From Chiloscyllium plagiosum (Eukaryota), in the NCBI RefSeq assembly GCF_004010195.1, contig NC_057718.1, positions 88,864,229 to 88,928,228 of the forward strand: a DNA stretch of 64,000 bases, in the 5' to 3' direction. The number at the start of each line of letters is the position of its first letter. Position 1 is the stretch's first letter. Shown piece by piece: positions 38,581 through 52,181 of the stretch. The translations under genes were made by a program, and so were the position numbers. The notes under the pieces were generated by a model. It was given only the letters and a program-made list of their open reading frames with translations. It did no database searches and was not told where the DNA came from.

Positions 38581-39649
38581 AAACTCCCTATAGAAGGAGA
38601 ATTAGTAATCCCAAAGTCAAAACAATCTGTGAGGTGGCAGTCGGTAGGGAGGTCAGAGTTCAGTGGTGAGCAAATAGACATCAGAGGCTCCATGAATAAA
38701 CTTAAAATCCCTGGTGGGGATTTAAAATGTCACAGTAATCCAGTCGGGAGAAATAAGAGGGCATCATGGGACATAGCTATAGAAACAGAAGTAAAAGGAT
38801 GCCAAAAAATATTAATCAAAGGTCGCTGATCCAGGGACATTGTGGTGCCACTAACCAAAGTGATAACATCTAGCTGATTAAGTGTCTAAGCAGTCGTGAT
38901 CTAACAGGGGCAGAATACTTTCGGGAATCTATACAGACTGTGGAAAAGGTGAGAGAGCCCGATTAAGGCCAGAATCGTTTACGTAAGCCAATGAATCATT
39001 AAGTGAAACTGTGATCAAAGCTATAACAGTGGAATTCACATAGTGCAGGAATCCCCATTTTACTTATGAAAGGTGGGAAGCCTCCATTTTAACAGTAAAA
39101 CATGGGGAAGTAAAACATAAGCAAGTAAAATACATAATCACAGAGTGAGACATTTTAGAGAAAGCAAGTTTCAAGAGACAGAAGTTTCCAAATTAGATAC
39201 TAAAGCAGAAGCTGATGTTATCACATACCAAGGGATAAAAGAAACATGTACTTTTGAAGAATGCGTCGAAAGCCTTTGACAATTATTTTAATTTTAGATC
39301 CAATAAAATCATATCTGTTAGAGTCCGAAGAAGACTTAACTCGAAAGAAACACATTCAGATCCCAAGAGGAGCAGAAGTCTAGCAAGAAGAAAGATCAAT
39401 CTTAGACAAGAAGATCAAATTTGGCAAAGGAGATCGGCAGAGTCCGTTCAATTCTTCGAAGCCACACCTGAGAAACCAGTAAAATGTTTAGCAGTGGTAA
39501 CAAAAACTAAAAATTCTTGCTACGGAGCAAACAAACTTTACAGGTGGCATCAGTGCCCCAACTATTAAAACTGCCAACTCTCCTTGTGCTTAACTGTCAC
39601 AGAATAGCTTACTTTACGAAAATGCGTGCAAATGGACACTATTGCAGGA

Positions 39650-39968
39650 AATCATAGAATGCCTACAGTGGGGAAACGGGTTCTTTGATGCAACAAGTCC
39701 ACACTAACCCTCTGAAGAGTGACCCACCCAGACCAATTCCTCTTTATTTACCCCTGACTGATGCACCTAATCTACTCATCCCTGAACACTACGGGCAATT
39801 TAGCATAGCCAATTCACCTAACCTGCACATCTTTGGATTGTAGAGGAAACCCACACAGGCACAGGGAGAATGTGCAAACTCCATACAGACAGTTGCCCAA
39901 GGCCAGAATTGAACTTGGTCCCTCATATTGTAAGGCACTAGTGTTAACCATTGAGCCACTGTGCAGCC
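39650..39968 (-). mobile_element. HE1-type V-SINE
   Basis: Reverse-complement consensus. Confidence 0.85.
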
Positions 39969-40189
39969 CAGGCTAAGTCTGTAAAAAAGAAAATACAATA
40001 CAGTCTGCAGCAAAAGAAAAAAAAGTGTTTTAGGGGAAATAAGGAATCCAGACCAAACATTTTGCAAGCTGGTATTCACATCAATGGTCACCTCACACTG
40101 GGGTGAGTGTCACTACATTATGAGATACTGAGGTATGGTTAAGAAAACACTGTCCATAGCTAATAACAGTGCAGCTACATGGTCCATTT

Positions 40190-42410
40190 GTTTCTCAGAT
40201 CTCCTCCAGACTATTTACTCTTCACCTTAAACTTATACCCTATAGTCTTAGACATGTCTGCCATGAGGAAAAGATTCTCACAATCTACCCTGTCTGTGCC
40301 TCATAATTTGCTTTACCTCAAACAGATTGCTCCAAGGAAAACAAACTCAGCCTATCCAGTCTCTCCTCATAAGAGGAGGGCAGCACGGTGGCTCAGTGGT
40401 TAGCACTGCTGCCTCACAGCACCAGGGGCATGAGTTCAAGACTCCCTTGAGTGACTGTCTGTGTAGAGTTTGCACATTTTCCCTGTGTCTGTGTGGGTTT
40501 CCTCCAGGTGTTCTGGTTTCCTTCCACAGTCTAAAGGTGTGCAGGTTAGGTGAATTGGTCTTGCTAAACTGCCCAGTGTTAGGTGCGTTAGTCTGGGGTA
40601 ATTATAGGGTAGGGGAATGGGTCTGGGTGGGTTACTCTTCAGAGGGTCGGTGTGGACTTGTTGGGCCAAAGGGCCTGTTTCCGTACTGTAGGGAATCCAA
40701 TCTAATAACTGAGACTTTTCATCCCTGGCAACATCCTGGTGAATCTCCTCTGCACCTTCTCCAGTGGAATCACATCCTCTGATAGTGTGGTGACCAGAAC
40801 TGCACACAGTATTCCATCTGTGGCCCTATCAATGTTTTATAAAGTAGTAACAAGACTTCCTTGCTCATACGTTGTATGCCCTCGCTAATCAAGGCAAGCA
40901 CCGTCTGCCTTCTTCATCACCCTGTTTACTTGTGCTGAGATCTGGAGGGATCTGTGAACTTGTACACCAAGGTCCCTTTGTTCCCCAACTCTTACTAGAG
41001 ACCTATGATTCATTGTGAATATCCTTCCTTTATTAGACCTCCCAAAATGCATTATCAGGATTAAATTCTATCTGATATCACTCTATCCAATTTGCCAGAT
41101 GATCAATATCAGACTAACCTGGTCAGAGACCATCCTCCTCACTATCAACAACACCACCAATTTTCATGTCACTTGTAAACGAACTAATTAAACCATCAAT
41201 GTTTGCATCCAAGTGGTTAATAAACATAACAAACAGCAAAGATCCCAGCACCTTTCCCCATGGTATACCACTGCTCACATGCTTCCAATCACAAAAACAA
41301 CCCTCTGCTACCACCCTTTGCCTCCTGTTTGTAAGCCAATTTTGGATTGAACCTGATTGGGTCCCATTTACTCTTACCTTTTGGACCAGCCTTCCACGTG
41401 GCACCTTGTCAAACGCCTTGCTGAAAACCACATCACCTACACTACCCTCATCAATATATTTATTCACTTGCTGAAAAACCTCAATTAAATTAATCAGACA
41501 GGATCTCTTTCTCAAAGAAATCCGTGCTGACTATTCCTCATCAATCTCTGCCTTTCCAAGTGTTGATTAATCCCCTCCCCCAGAACTTTTTCTAATAATT
41601 TCTCTGCCATTGACGTCAGAATAAACTGGTCAGTGAAATACTTGTCCTGTCTCTGCTGCTCCTCTTGAACAAAGGAACCAAATTATTCTCCAGTCATCTT
41701 GACACTTCACCTGTGGCCAGTGAACTATTAAATATTTCCACCAAGGTCTCAGTAATCTCCTTCCTTGCCTCCCTTACCATCCTGGTCTTATCAGGCCCTG
41801 AGGATTTATGCACCTTTATGACTGCTAGAACATCTAATACCTCCTACACATTAATCTTAACCTGTTCTAGAATCTCACTATCCCAACTGAAGTCCCTGGC
41901 TACAATGACTATCTCGCCTGTGAATACAGAAGAGAAATATTCATTTAAGACATCACCCACATCTAATGGCTCCAAACACAGGTTGCCTCTTTGGTCTCTG
42001 ATTGTTCTACTCTTCCTCTAGTAATCCTCAAAACTTTTAATGTGCTTATAAAATATCTTGGGGGTTCTCCATAATCCTATCTACCAAAGATATCTCGTGG
42101 CCTCTCTTTGCCCTCCTGATTTCCTTTTTAAGTAAAACCCCTACACTCTCTGTACTTCTGAAGGGCTTCTCTATTTCTAATGTATACCTGATATATGCTT
42201 CCTGCTTTGACTTTATCGAACTCACGATATACCTTGCCATGCAGGGTTCCTCGGACTTGCTACCCTTGCCCTCCACTCCTAGAGGAACATGCCGACCCTG
42301 AACTCTCACTGTGCTATTTTTAAAAGGGTCCCACTTTCCAAATGTAGATTTACCTGTAGGTAGCTGCTCCCAAGGCTATGGTTGCCAGATCCCAACTAAC
42401 GATATTGAAA
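40190..42410 (-). mobile_element. CR1 LINE ORF2 (RT) fragment, interrupted by a SINE at 40378-40705
   Basis: RSCLINLIEVF...FSKAFDKVP...SGIPWGKVLGSLLFVMFINHLD...FTSDMKIGG. Confidence 0.88.
40378..40705 (+). mobile_element. HE1-type V-SINE, full length
   Basis: GGGCAGCACGGTGGCTCAGTGGTTAGCAC...AATCCAATCT. Confidence 0.9.
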
Positions 42411-42987
42411 TTGGCCTTGTGTTGGCATTAGAAATTTGTTTCATTCTGTCAGTGAGTCGACGATCTGTGACTATATTGCATTGACATGGGTGATTTCCAT
42501 TGCTAACAACACTGAAGAGCTCTCAGACCACAAGCGGTGTCAACGTTTGTTTGGAAAAAACATGCAATGAGATAGATGATGAACTACATAGGCAAATAAC
42601 AAATCTATAACTAATATCACTCAGAGTGTAACATAGTTTGCTAAGTAAGTAGCTGTACAAGATCCAAGTCTAATGCTCAATGGTAAGGGGTCTCAGGGTA
42701 TTGAAATCAGTCTTGTGTTGGCATTAGAAATTTGTTTCATTCTGTCAGTGAGTCGCGATCTGTGACTACATTGTATTGACATGGATGATTTCCATTGCTG
42801 TCAACATGAAGAGCTCTCAGACCACAAGAGGTGTCAACATTTGTTCGGAAAAAATAAGCAATGAGCTAGACAATGAACCACATATACCACTTAAGGCAAT
42901 TGACAAATCTATAACTGATGTCATTCAGAGTGTAACATAGTTTACTGAGTAAATAGCTGTACAAGATCCAAGTCAATGGTGAGAGGC
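42402..42987. repeat. Diverged tandem duplication, ~295-bp unit x2
   Basis: ATTGAAAT...CTTGTGTTGGCATTAGAAATTTGTTTCATTCTGTCAGTGAGTCG...AGCTGTACAAGATCCAAGTC occurs at ~42402-42690 and ~42698-42987. Confidence 0.92.
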
Positions 42988-43774
42988 AAGTTCAAGCAGA
43001 ACATTTGAGTTCTTCATTTTCCCAGGAAGTATCTTGAGTAACTGTGACAGAGATCATGCCAAGTCAGTAGCAATCCTCAAAAAGCAGAACAGAGGAGGGG
43101 AAAGTGTTAGTTTCACCAAAATTAGACTCACTGAGGTGAATGAGAGAGTCCAAACCAGTCAGTGTTTGTTCACATGCTTCAGCACAAATCTACAGATGGA
43201 TTAAGAATTAAGATGCCAATGCACGATGTGATACGTACAACTCCATGGAAGGGATGAGCAACGTCAAGCAACTTCCAAGACATTACGAGGAAGAAATTCC
43301 CTATCTCAGAGATTCAAGATGCAGCCAAGTATAAATTGCCTGTTTCATCAGGGAAGAGATCCTGCACAAGAGGTTAATGATCCTTCTGTTTAAAAGGACT
43401 TCACACCACCAGGAAGAGAATCAAACAATCTTTTGCCCATCAACATCTCCATGCCAGAAGGGAGCGCATTCAAGGAGAATTGTGAAACCTCCAAATGGCC
43501 TGAATTTGTAAAGTCAAAGGTAGATTTTGCACTGTATCACAGCCACTTTCTCAACGTCCACTGAAACACTCATCACTGCAGGCAAAGCAGGCATCTATCG
43601 TCCTACAAACCTCGGACATACTCCACTCAAGTAAAAGTAAAATGCTGCAGATGCCAGAATTCTGAAACAAACACAGAAAATGCTGGAGAAGCTCAGCAGA
43701 GTCTGTGGAGAGAGCAACAATGTTGATGTTTCAAGCCTGATGTGACTCTTCTTCAGCTTTCCTGTCATTATCCT

Positions 43775-45077
43775 CTTGCATTTAGAAAGGCAAGGACTGA
43801 TTAGTGATAGTCAGCATGGCTTTGTGCATGGGAAATCATGCTGCACAAATTTGATTGAGTTTTTGAAGAGGTAACCAAGAAGATGGATGAAGGCAGAGCA
43901 GCAGACGGTGTCTACCTGGATTTTAGCAAAGACTTTGGCAAGGTGCTGCAGGGTAGACTGGTTAGTAAGGTTAGATCACATGGGATCCAGGGAGACCTAG
44001 CCAACTGGGTACAAAATTGGCTTGACAGAGGAGGTAGAAGGTGGTGGTAGAGGGTTGTTGCTCAGACTGGACCAGCTGTGTGCCGCAAGGATCAGTGCTG
44101 AGTCCACCATTGTTTGTTATTTATATAAACGATTTGGATGAGAATATAGGAAGTATAATTAATACGTTTGGGGATGACAGCAGCATTGGCGCTATAGTGA
44201 ACAGTGAAGAAGGCTATTGAAGAGTACAATGGGATCTTGGTCAACTCGGCCAGTGGACTGAGGAATGACAGATGGAGTTTAATTTGGATGAAAGCAAGGT
44301 ATGGCATTTTGGTAAGGCAAACCAGTGCAGGATTTATAGAGTTAATGATAAGGCCCTGGGGAGTGTTGCTGAACAAAGAGACCTTGGGGTGCAGGTACAT
44401 AATTCCTTGAAAATGGTGTCATGGGTAGACAGAGTGATGAAGAAGGTGTTTGGCATCCTTGCCTTCGTCAGTGAGAGTATTGAGTACAGGAGTTTGGACA
44501 CCATGTTACAGCTGTACAAGACATTAATAAGGGCATGTTGGGAGTACTGCATGCAATTCTAGTCACCCAGCAATAGGAAGGATGATTGTAAGTTGGAAAA
44601 AGTGCAAAAGAGATATACAAGGATGTTACTGAGACTGGAGGGTTGAATTATAAGGTTGGATAGGCAAGGCGTTTGTTCCTGGGAACATAGGAGGTTGAGG
44701 GGTGACCTTATGTGGAGATTTATAAATCATGAGAGGCATAGATAAGGCGAATAGCCAAGGTCTTTTCCCCAGGGTAGGGGAGTCCAAAGCTAGGGGGCAT
44801 AGGTTTAAAGTGAGAGGGGAAAGATTGAAAAGGGTACTGAGGGGCAACTTTTTTCACTCAGAGAATGCTATGTATATGGAACGAACTTCCAGATGAAATG
44901 ATGGAGGTGGATACAATTACAACATTTAAAAGATATTTGGACAGATACATAGATAGGAACAGTTTAGAGGGATATGGGCCAAATGCTGGCAAATGGGATT
45001 AGTTCAGTTTAGGAAACCTGATAGGCATGGATGAGTTGGGCTGAAGGGTCTGTTTACATGCTGTATGACTTTATGAC
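43775..45077 (+). mobile_element. CR1 LINE 3' part
   Basis: QHGFVHGKSC, FNLDESKVWHFG, QRDLGVQVH, and the 3' UTR ending CTGTATGACTTTATGAC. Confidence 0.9.
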
Positions 45078-45808
45078 CATTTTGAACCACCAGTTCAGGG
45101 AGAATTGTGAGATCCTCAACATTTGAAATTGTGAAAACAGGAGATGGGAGATAATGAGGTTGAAAGCAATGGAAATGCCTTCAGTTAAATGTTTCAGCTA
45201 TTCATGTTAAGAAAGTACATTAGATTGGATATGGAAAAGCACTTGGTGGGAGATATAGTGATAGGGTTTTGTGCAGATATGCCTCAGTCATATGTTGGTC
45301 TATGTTCATTCTGTCGTTCTTCTGCTTCAACCTCCGAGATTCATTTGTGGCATCAACTTGCTGAATTCAAATCCAAGCAGTATGTGTGGACCCTTGGAGC
45401 AGCTGTGCATATAGAGGGAACGTCCATGTTAGTGTTGCAGTGAACAGTTGTATCTTGTACAACTCAGAGCTTCCTGCTGTATAGTATTACCATCAGGGAC
45501 AGTTTAACAATAAACACAGATTAATAGTTATTAAGACGTCTGGCTTGAGATTATGATCATTACCAGAAGAGCCCAACCAAGAACCTAATTAAAGTGAGAT
45601 TGGGAAAGGTGATATATAAATGCATTATTTCATGCAAAGACGAGAAAATGTGTAGTGATCCATTAATTTTCATGCAGAGTTCTGACAAAGGAGAGACAAA
45701 TGGTATTGTAACATCACTCAATTTCTCCTGTGAAATCACACATTATTTCTCCAAGCATTTTCCACATGCTTGTTTAGGAGTAAGTAGCCAAGGTAGCTGG
45801 CAACTGAT

Positions 45809-45880
45809 TCTGGATTAGTGGTGCTGGAAGAGCACAGCAATTCAGGCAGCATCCGAGGACAGGCAAAATCGACGTTTCGG
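45809..45880 (-). mobile_element. 72-bp PLE terminus with a perfect 13-bp TSD
   Basis: GCTGGCAACTGAT at 45796-45808 and 45881-45893. Confidence 0.75.
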
Positions 45881-46597
45881 GCTGGCAACTGATGCAAAGT
45901 ACATTGTAGTGATTCTGAAGCAGACATTGCTGCACGAAGGTATCTGCAGCAAAACCTTGGTAAAATGGAGATGCTTCCAAGAGAGAGATAGCTCTCTGAG
46001 ATTTTATCTCAAAACCCTCAAAACAATAACTTCTTTTCTTGGTTTACATTAAATTTTGAACAAAAAATTCTTAATCCAAGATGTCGGTAGATAATCTGTA
46101 GGATATAGACTTACCTTAATATTGTCGTAAAATAAATATTTTGAACTTAGATGCAATTTTGACAAGTGTAAGTACATTTTTAAAGTTCTTTTTAATCGTC
46201 AGTACCCCGCTTATGAAGGATGAGGATTGGGGATTGAGCTAGTAAATAAATAAGGAATTGAGGACAAACCTCTTTGACCTGGAAATGATTTGAATGTGGA
46301 ACCTGCTACTACATTGCATTCATTTTTAAAAATGTATTCATAGTATGTGGACAGCACAGGCCAAGGCCATAATGGATTACTCTTCATTGATTGTCCTTAA
46401 GAAGGTATATGTGAGCTACCTTCTGGAATCTCTGTAGTCTACCTGTGGAAGACACTCATCAGTGCTCGAAGGAAGGGAATTCCAGTATTTTGTCCCAGCA
46501 ACAGGAAAAACAATATGTTTTCCAAAAGGTTTGGAGAGGAACTTGGGATGGTCACGTTCCTGTGGCCCTTGTTGAGGAAGCTAACAACGTTTTCTTT

Positions 46598-46868
46598 TTA
46601 GATTAGATTACTTGCAGTGCGGAAACAGGCCCTTCGGCCCAACAAGTCCACACCCATTCCCATACATTTACCCCTTTACCAAACACTACAGGCAATTTAG
46701 CATGGCCAGTTCACCTAATCTGCACATTTTTGGAGTGTGGGAGGAAACCAGAGCACACCCACACAGACATGGGGAGAATGTGCAAACTCCACACAGACGT
46801 TTGCCTGAGGCTAGAACTGAACCCAGGTCTCTGGTACTGAAAGGCAGCAATGCTAACCACTGTGCCGT
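46598..46868 (-). mobile_element. HE1-type V-SINE
   Basis: Reverse-complement consensus with (TTAGA)n tail. Confidence 0.85.
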
Positions 46869-46924
46869 AGCAACAGTGTAGTGTTATTGGAGTTGCACCC
46901 ATCCAGACCAGCAAACATCACCAC

Positions 46925-47295
46925 ACATAGGTCCCAGTTATGCCTGCCTCTTTATGGGGGCAAGTGAAACATCCTTGTTCCAGTCCTACACTGGCCCTTC
47001 TTTTCTGTCCATCAATGACGGCCTCGGTGCCGCTTCATGCTCCCGCCAGGACCTTGAAAAATGTGTTCTTTTTGCCTCCCATTTCTACTCCTCTCACTTT
47101 CCCATCATCCATTTCTGACACTTTCCTTCCTTTCCTTGACCTCATCGTCATTTCGAGGAACAAACTGCCCACTGCCATCCACCACAAAGCCACGGACTCC
47201 CACAGCTACCTTCACTACAGCTCATCACAACCCACGTCCCGCAAGGGCTCCATCCTATTCTCCCAGTCCCTTCGCCTGTATGGATGATGCCACCT
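46925..47295 (+). mobile_element. PLE RT fragment
   Basis: ISDTFLPFLDL...TAIHHKATDSHSYLHYSSSQP, homologous to the 36960-37330 peptide. Confidence 0.8.
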
Positions 47296-47304
47296 TTATT
47301 GCTG

Positions 47305-47858
47305 TAACCTGACAGAACTTTAGTTAGGCCACACTTGGAATATTGTGTACAGTTCTGGTCACCACACTACCAGAAGAATGTGGAGGGCTTTGGAGAAGGT
47401 ACAGAAAAGGTTCACCAGGATGTTGCCTGAATGGGGGATTTTAGCCCTGAAGGATAGACTGGGTTTGTTTTCTCTGGAATGCAGGAGGCTGAGGAGTGAC
47501 CTAGTGGAAGTTTATCAGATTGTGAATGGCATGGGTAGAGTGGAAAGCATGAGGCTTTTTCCCAGAGTTGAGGGGACAATGGCTAGTGGACACGGGTTCA
47601 GGGTGCGAGGGGGAAAGTTTAACAGAGATGGGCGAGGCAGGATTTTCACACAAAGGGTGGTGAGTCCCTGGAACACGCTGCCAGAGGAGGTGGGGGAAGC
47701 AGACACAATAACAGCATTCAAGAAGCACCTGGACAAATACATGAATAGGAAGAAAATAGAGGGATATGGATCCTGTGAGTGAAGACAGTTTTTAGTATGC
47801 AAAATGTGTCAGTGTAGGCTTGGAGGGCCGAAGGGCCTGTTCCTGTGCTGTATTGTTC
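47305..47858 (+). mobile_element. CR1 LINE 3' end
   Basis: ALEKVQKRFTRMLP...RLGLFSLECRRLRSDL...FTQRVVSPWNTLPEEV. Confidence 0.9.
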
Positions 47859-48202
47859 TTAGGTTTTTTTTGTTCTTTGATACATTGGAAAGCGAGGTGA
47901 TTGCTTGTGAATGAATGGAATTGTGTGATATTCTGACAGTCTGGAGAGAGCTTGTATGAAACAGAAACAACTAGGCTGAATGGCCCATTTCTGTGCTTTA
48001 AAATGCTATGCAAATTCCTCATTTGGTCTCTGTTTTATTCAAAAACCCTGATGCTGTTTGTCAACTTCAGAATGAACCTAAACTGAAAAGAAATTGCTCA
48101 AAGTTCACCAAAGATAATTAACACCATGTTTCCAACTCTGCAGGAGCAAGTCAGAGTCATCAGAGATGAAAAATTAATTTTCTGGATAATTAGAACCCTT
48201 AC

Positions 48203-49570
48203 AGTGTGGAGAAGTGATTGCTGGGCCTCTTGTTGAGATATTTGCATCATCGATTGTCACAGGTGAGGTGCCGGAAGACTGGAGGTTGGCAAACGTGGTG
48301 CCACTGTTTAAGAAGGGTGGTAAGGACAAGCCAGGGAACTGTAAACCAGTGAGCCTGACCTCGGCGGTGGGCAAGTTGTTGGAGGGAATCCTGAGGGACA
48401 GGATGCACATGTATTTGGAAAGGCAAGGACTGATTCAGGATAATCAACATGGCTTTGTGCATGGGAAATCATGTCTCACAAACTTGATTGAGTTTTTTGA
48501 AGAAGTAACAGAGAGGATTGATGAGGGCAGAGCAGTAGATGTAATCCAAATGGAGTTCAGTAAGGCATTCGACAAGGTTCCCCATGGGAGACTGATTATG
48601 AAGGTTAGATCTCATGGAATACAGGGAGAACTAGACACTTGGATACAGAACTAGCTCAAAGGTAGAAGACAGAGGGTGATGGTGGGGGGTTGTTTTTCAG
48701 ACTGGAAGCCTGTGACCATGGAGTGCCACAAGGATCGGTGCTGGGTCCTCTACTTTTTGTCATTTACATAAATGATTTGGATGCGAGCATAAGAGGTAGG
48801 GTTAGTAAGTTTGCAGATGACACCAAAATTGTAGGTGTAGTGGACAGCGAAGAGGATTACCTCAGATTACAATGGGATCAGGACCAGATGGGCCAATGGG
48901 CTGAGAAGTGGCAGATGAGTTTAATTCAGATAAATGCGAGGTGCTGCATTTTGGGAAAGCAAATCTTAGCAGGACTTATACACATAATGGTAAGGTCCTA
49001 GGGAGTGTTGCTGAACAAAGAGACCTTGGAGTGCAGGTTCATAGCTCCTTGAAAGTGGAGTTGCAGGTAGATAGGATAGTGAAGAAGGCGTTTGGTATGC
49101 TTTCCTTTATTGGGCAGAGTATTGAGTACAGGAGTTGGGAGGTCATGTTGTGGCTGTACAGGACATTGGTTAGGCCACTGTTGGAATGAGGGGTGACCTT
49201 ATAGAGGTTTACAAAATTATGTGGAGCATGGATAGGATAAATAGACAAAGTCTTTTCCCTGGGGTGGGGGAGTCCAGAACTAGAGGGCATAGGTTTAGGG
49301 TGAGAGGGGAAAGATATAAAAGAGACCTAAGGGGCAACTTTTTCACGCAGAGGGTGGTACGTGTATGGAATGAGTTGCTAGAGGATGTAGTGGAGGCTGG
49401 TACAATTGCAACATTTAAGAGGCATTTGGATGGGTATATGAATAGGAAGAGTTTGGAGGGATATGGGCCGGATGCTGGCAGGTGGGACTAGATTGGGTTG
49501 GGATATCTGGTTGGCATGGACAGATTGGACCGAAGGGTCTGTTTCCGTGCTGTACATCTCTATGACTCTA
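48203..49570 (+). mobile_element. Relatively young CR1 LINE ORF2 3' half with an internal deletion near 49186
   Basis: VPEDWRLANVVPLFKKG...PVSLTS...[20 protein letters not shown]...SKFADDTK...GHRFRV...FFTQRVV plus the 3' tail. Confidence 0.93.
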
Positions 49571-50379
49571 AGTCCACACTGACCCTCCAAACAGTGACCC
49601 ACTCTCCTCCCCTATTACTCTACAATCCCCCAGGCCCAATGTTGGCATTCTAATGAAGCTTGGAGAGACCTGCCAGGCCTGAGACTGATGCCCAGCCTGT
49701 AGAAACCTAGGCTGTGGATCAGAACGTTGGGTGCCCAGGCAGACCAAGCACATGGAGAAAGAAAAAATCTTTGTCTAGGACAGTGGTCAAAAGGTCCCTG
49801 TGAACTGGTGCAAAGTGAGTGAGAACTAAGAGCCTCTGGTCGAATGCATGTGTTGAGGGTCTGTCCATGCACACCAAGTGTCCGAGCAGCAGCATTACAG
49901 TGAAAGGTGCAGGTGCATTCTCAGGTGCTGCACTGAGGTGGAGGACTGTTCTGTAAACTAGTCAGAGAGGTGCATTGGGGGATGGGGGAAGCTGGAACGT
50001 GTCCGATGTCAACATGTGCTCAGGGTAAGGTGCACATGATCACTGTCTATGTTACTGACCAGTGTCAAAGATAGAGACTCAGAGGGACATGCTGCAAATT
50101 GTGCGGTAACCCCTCTGACCTCCATCTAGTTTCTATCCAATTGGTGGGAGGATAGGAAACTGTATATCAATGGGGCTGGATTGACTCATCATGAGACTGG
50201 GAACATGTAACAGTTTCTCCTGATGGAGGAGCAGCGCTTTGGAAGCTAGTGCTTCCAATTAAACCTGTTGGACTCTAACCTGGTGTTGTGCGATTTTAAC
50301 CATGTATCAGAGGCCCCTTGCTGCTCATTAGTGCGATTCCTGTCTTGCTGTTTTGCACTTGGTTGGGAAATGGGACGTT

Positions 50380-51490
50380 TTGCTCACGACAGCGAGAATA
50401 TTATTTATTTCCCCCATCTCACTCGGTTTCCCCGCCTTTCTTTCAAATGCCCACATCACTTTGTGCCCTGGGACAATCTGACCCCAGCAGCAACAGGCCA
50501 GAGAGTCTCACCCGGCGCTTCCTAAATCTTCCCCCGTTTGGAGGCTTGGGACTTCTGAAGGGTGGAAGAGGTGTCGGGATGTGGGGGATTGGACAGGGCA
50601 GGCGAAGTTGGTGGTGGGCCTGTTTGTGGACGGGGTCCGTGCTTTGGAAAGCTCGGGTTGACAGGTCCTTTTCATCATTTCCTCACAACTAAGTGTTTAT
50701 CCAGCTGCCCCTTAGTTGCAACGATGTCACTGGCCTCAATCCCTCAACTTTCTCTCTTCAAGTTAAAAGTTGAATTTGATAATGGTAATGTTTTGTGATC
50801 AGAGCTGAACATTCTGCATGCCCCGCCTCTATAAACGTCCAGCGTAAGGGCCTGAGAGTACATCTCTGACAGCAAGGTCCGTATCAAATGTTGCTTCCTA
50901 TTTTGCCAACTTTTCAATTTGTATTCCACCTCCTGCAGCGAGCAGTCCCATCGCTTGCTTTAACAGAATATTCCCTTGCACCCTCACTACAGCTCTCGGT
51001 CTGCCATTGATACATTCTGCATTGGGGGAAAAATAATGCCTCATTTGTTCCAAAAACAATCAACCATGACCCATCGCTTGCTCTGTGCAACAAAAATCCA
51101 GCAAGTGAAGGGTTTGGCAGCAATGACTGGATGTCAGTGAGGCCGTACGATTCAAAGAGTTAGGAGAGAGTGAGGTCTGCAGATGCTGGGTCACCGAATT
51201 TCGACGGTAAAAGGTCAAAAATCGACATTTTTTTTTTGCTGCATCTCTGTGTCAAACCTCTTCATCTCCCACCCCGCAAGAAATCTCGATCTTTACTTGC
51301 TCACATTTCCCTGCACACACAAAAAAAGCAAACTATCCCGCCGCCCGCGTTTTGACTCGTCCAGCAGTCCCACTGACCTGTTATCACACCAATTCTTCAT
51401 TCCCCGCTGCTGCCCAGCCTGACGCTCCCCGTGCTCTATCTGGCGAAGCAACAAGATATATGAGAGCTTTCATCCCCTTCGACTGAGCTG
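50380..51490 (+). promoter_or_regulatory. Candidate upstream ESR1 promoter / non-coding exon region
   Basis: No recognisable repeat and visibly CpG-enriched relative to the CpG-depleted background. GC-box-like CCCCGCCT directly followed by TATAAA (50830-50835), and CCCGCCGCCCGCG near 51337. About 3.9 kb upstream of the ATG. Confidence 0.35.
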
Positions 51491-51771
51491 ATCTTTCAAA
51501 ATTTCCAGATCGTTGAGCACAACAATACCAGAACAGAACTGGACTAAATTCATTTTCACTCTAAGTAGCTGGACAAGTGCCTCATTTGTAATTCCAGCTT
51601 TGGCCTTGTATGTAGTATGCTTTCTTGGAAGCCTAAGTCTGTAGGTTCAATCCTCACTCTAGGAGCCTGCATACAGTACAGCCCAGAAGGGGTGAAAGTG
51701 TCAGTTTTTAAACGAGGCACCAAAGTTTAAGGAGAATTTAATGGATTCCATAGCACAATAGCTTGCATCAT

Positions 51772-52181
51772 TCATTTCACAACATCCTTCCGATAGGAAG
51801 GAGACCAGAATTGCACGCAACATTCCAACAGTGGCCTAACCAATGTCCTGTACAGCCGCAACATGACCTCCCAACTCCTGTACTCAATACTCTGACCAAT
51901 AAAGGAAAGCATACCAAACGCCTTCTTCACTATCCTATCTACCTGCGACTCCACTTTCAAGGAGCTATGAACCTGCACTCCAAGGTCTCTTTGTTCAGCA
52001 ACACTCTCTAGGACCTTACCATTAAGTGTAGAAGTCCTGCTAAGATTTGCTTTCCCAAAATGCAGCACCTCACATTTGTCTGAATTGATCTCCATCTGCC
52101 ACCTCTCAGCCCATTGGCCCATCTGGTCCTGATCCCATTGTAATCTGAGGTAACCTTCTTCACTGTCCACTACACCTCCAA
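51772..52181 (-). mobile_element. CR1 LINE fragment, inverted relative to 48830-49186
   Basis: ORF 51772..52170 is nearly identical to the peptides of the 48203-49570 copy. Confidence 0.9.

Noticed and set aside
1..50000. Exons of the usual upstream neighbour CCDC170
   Set aside because: No recognisable coiled-coil peptide or exon; small exons cannot be excluded without a search.
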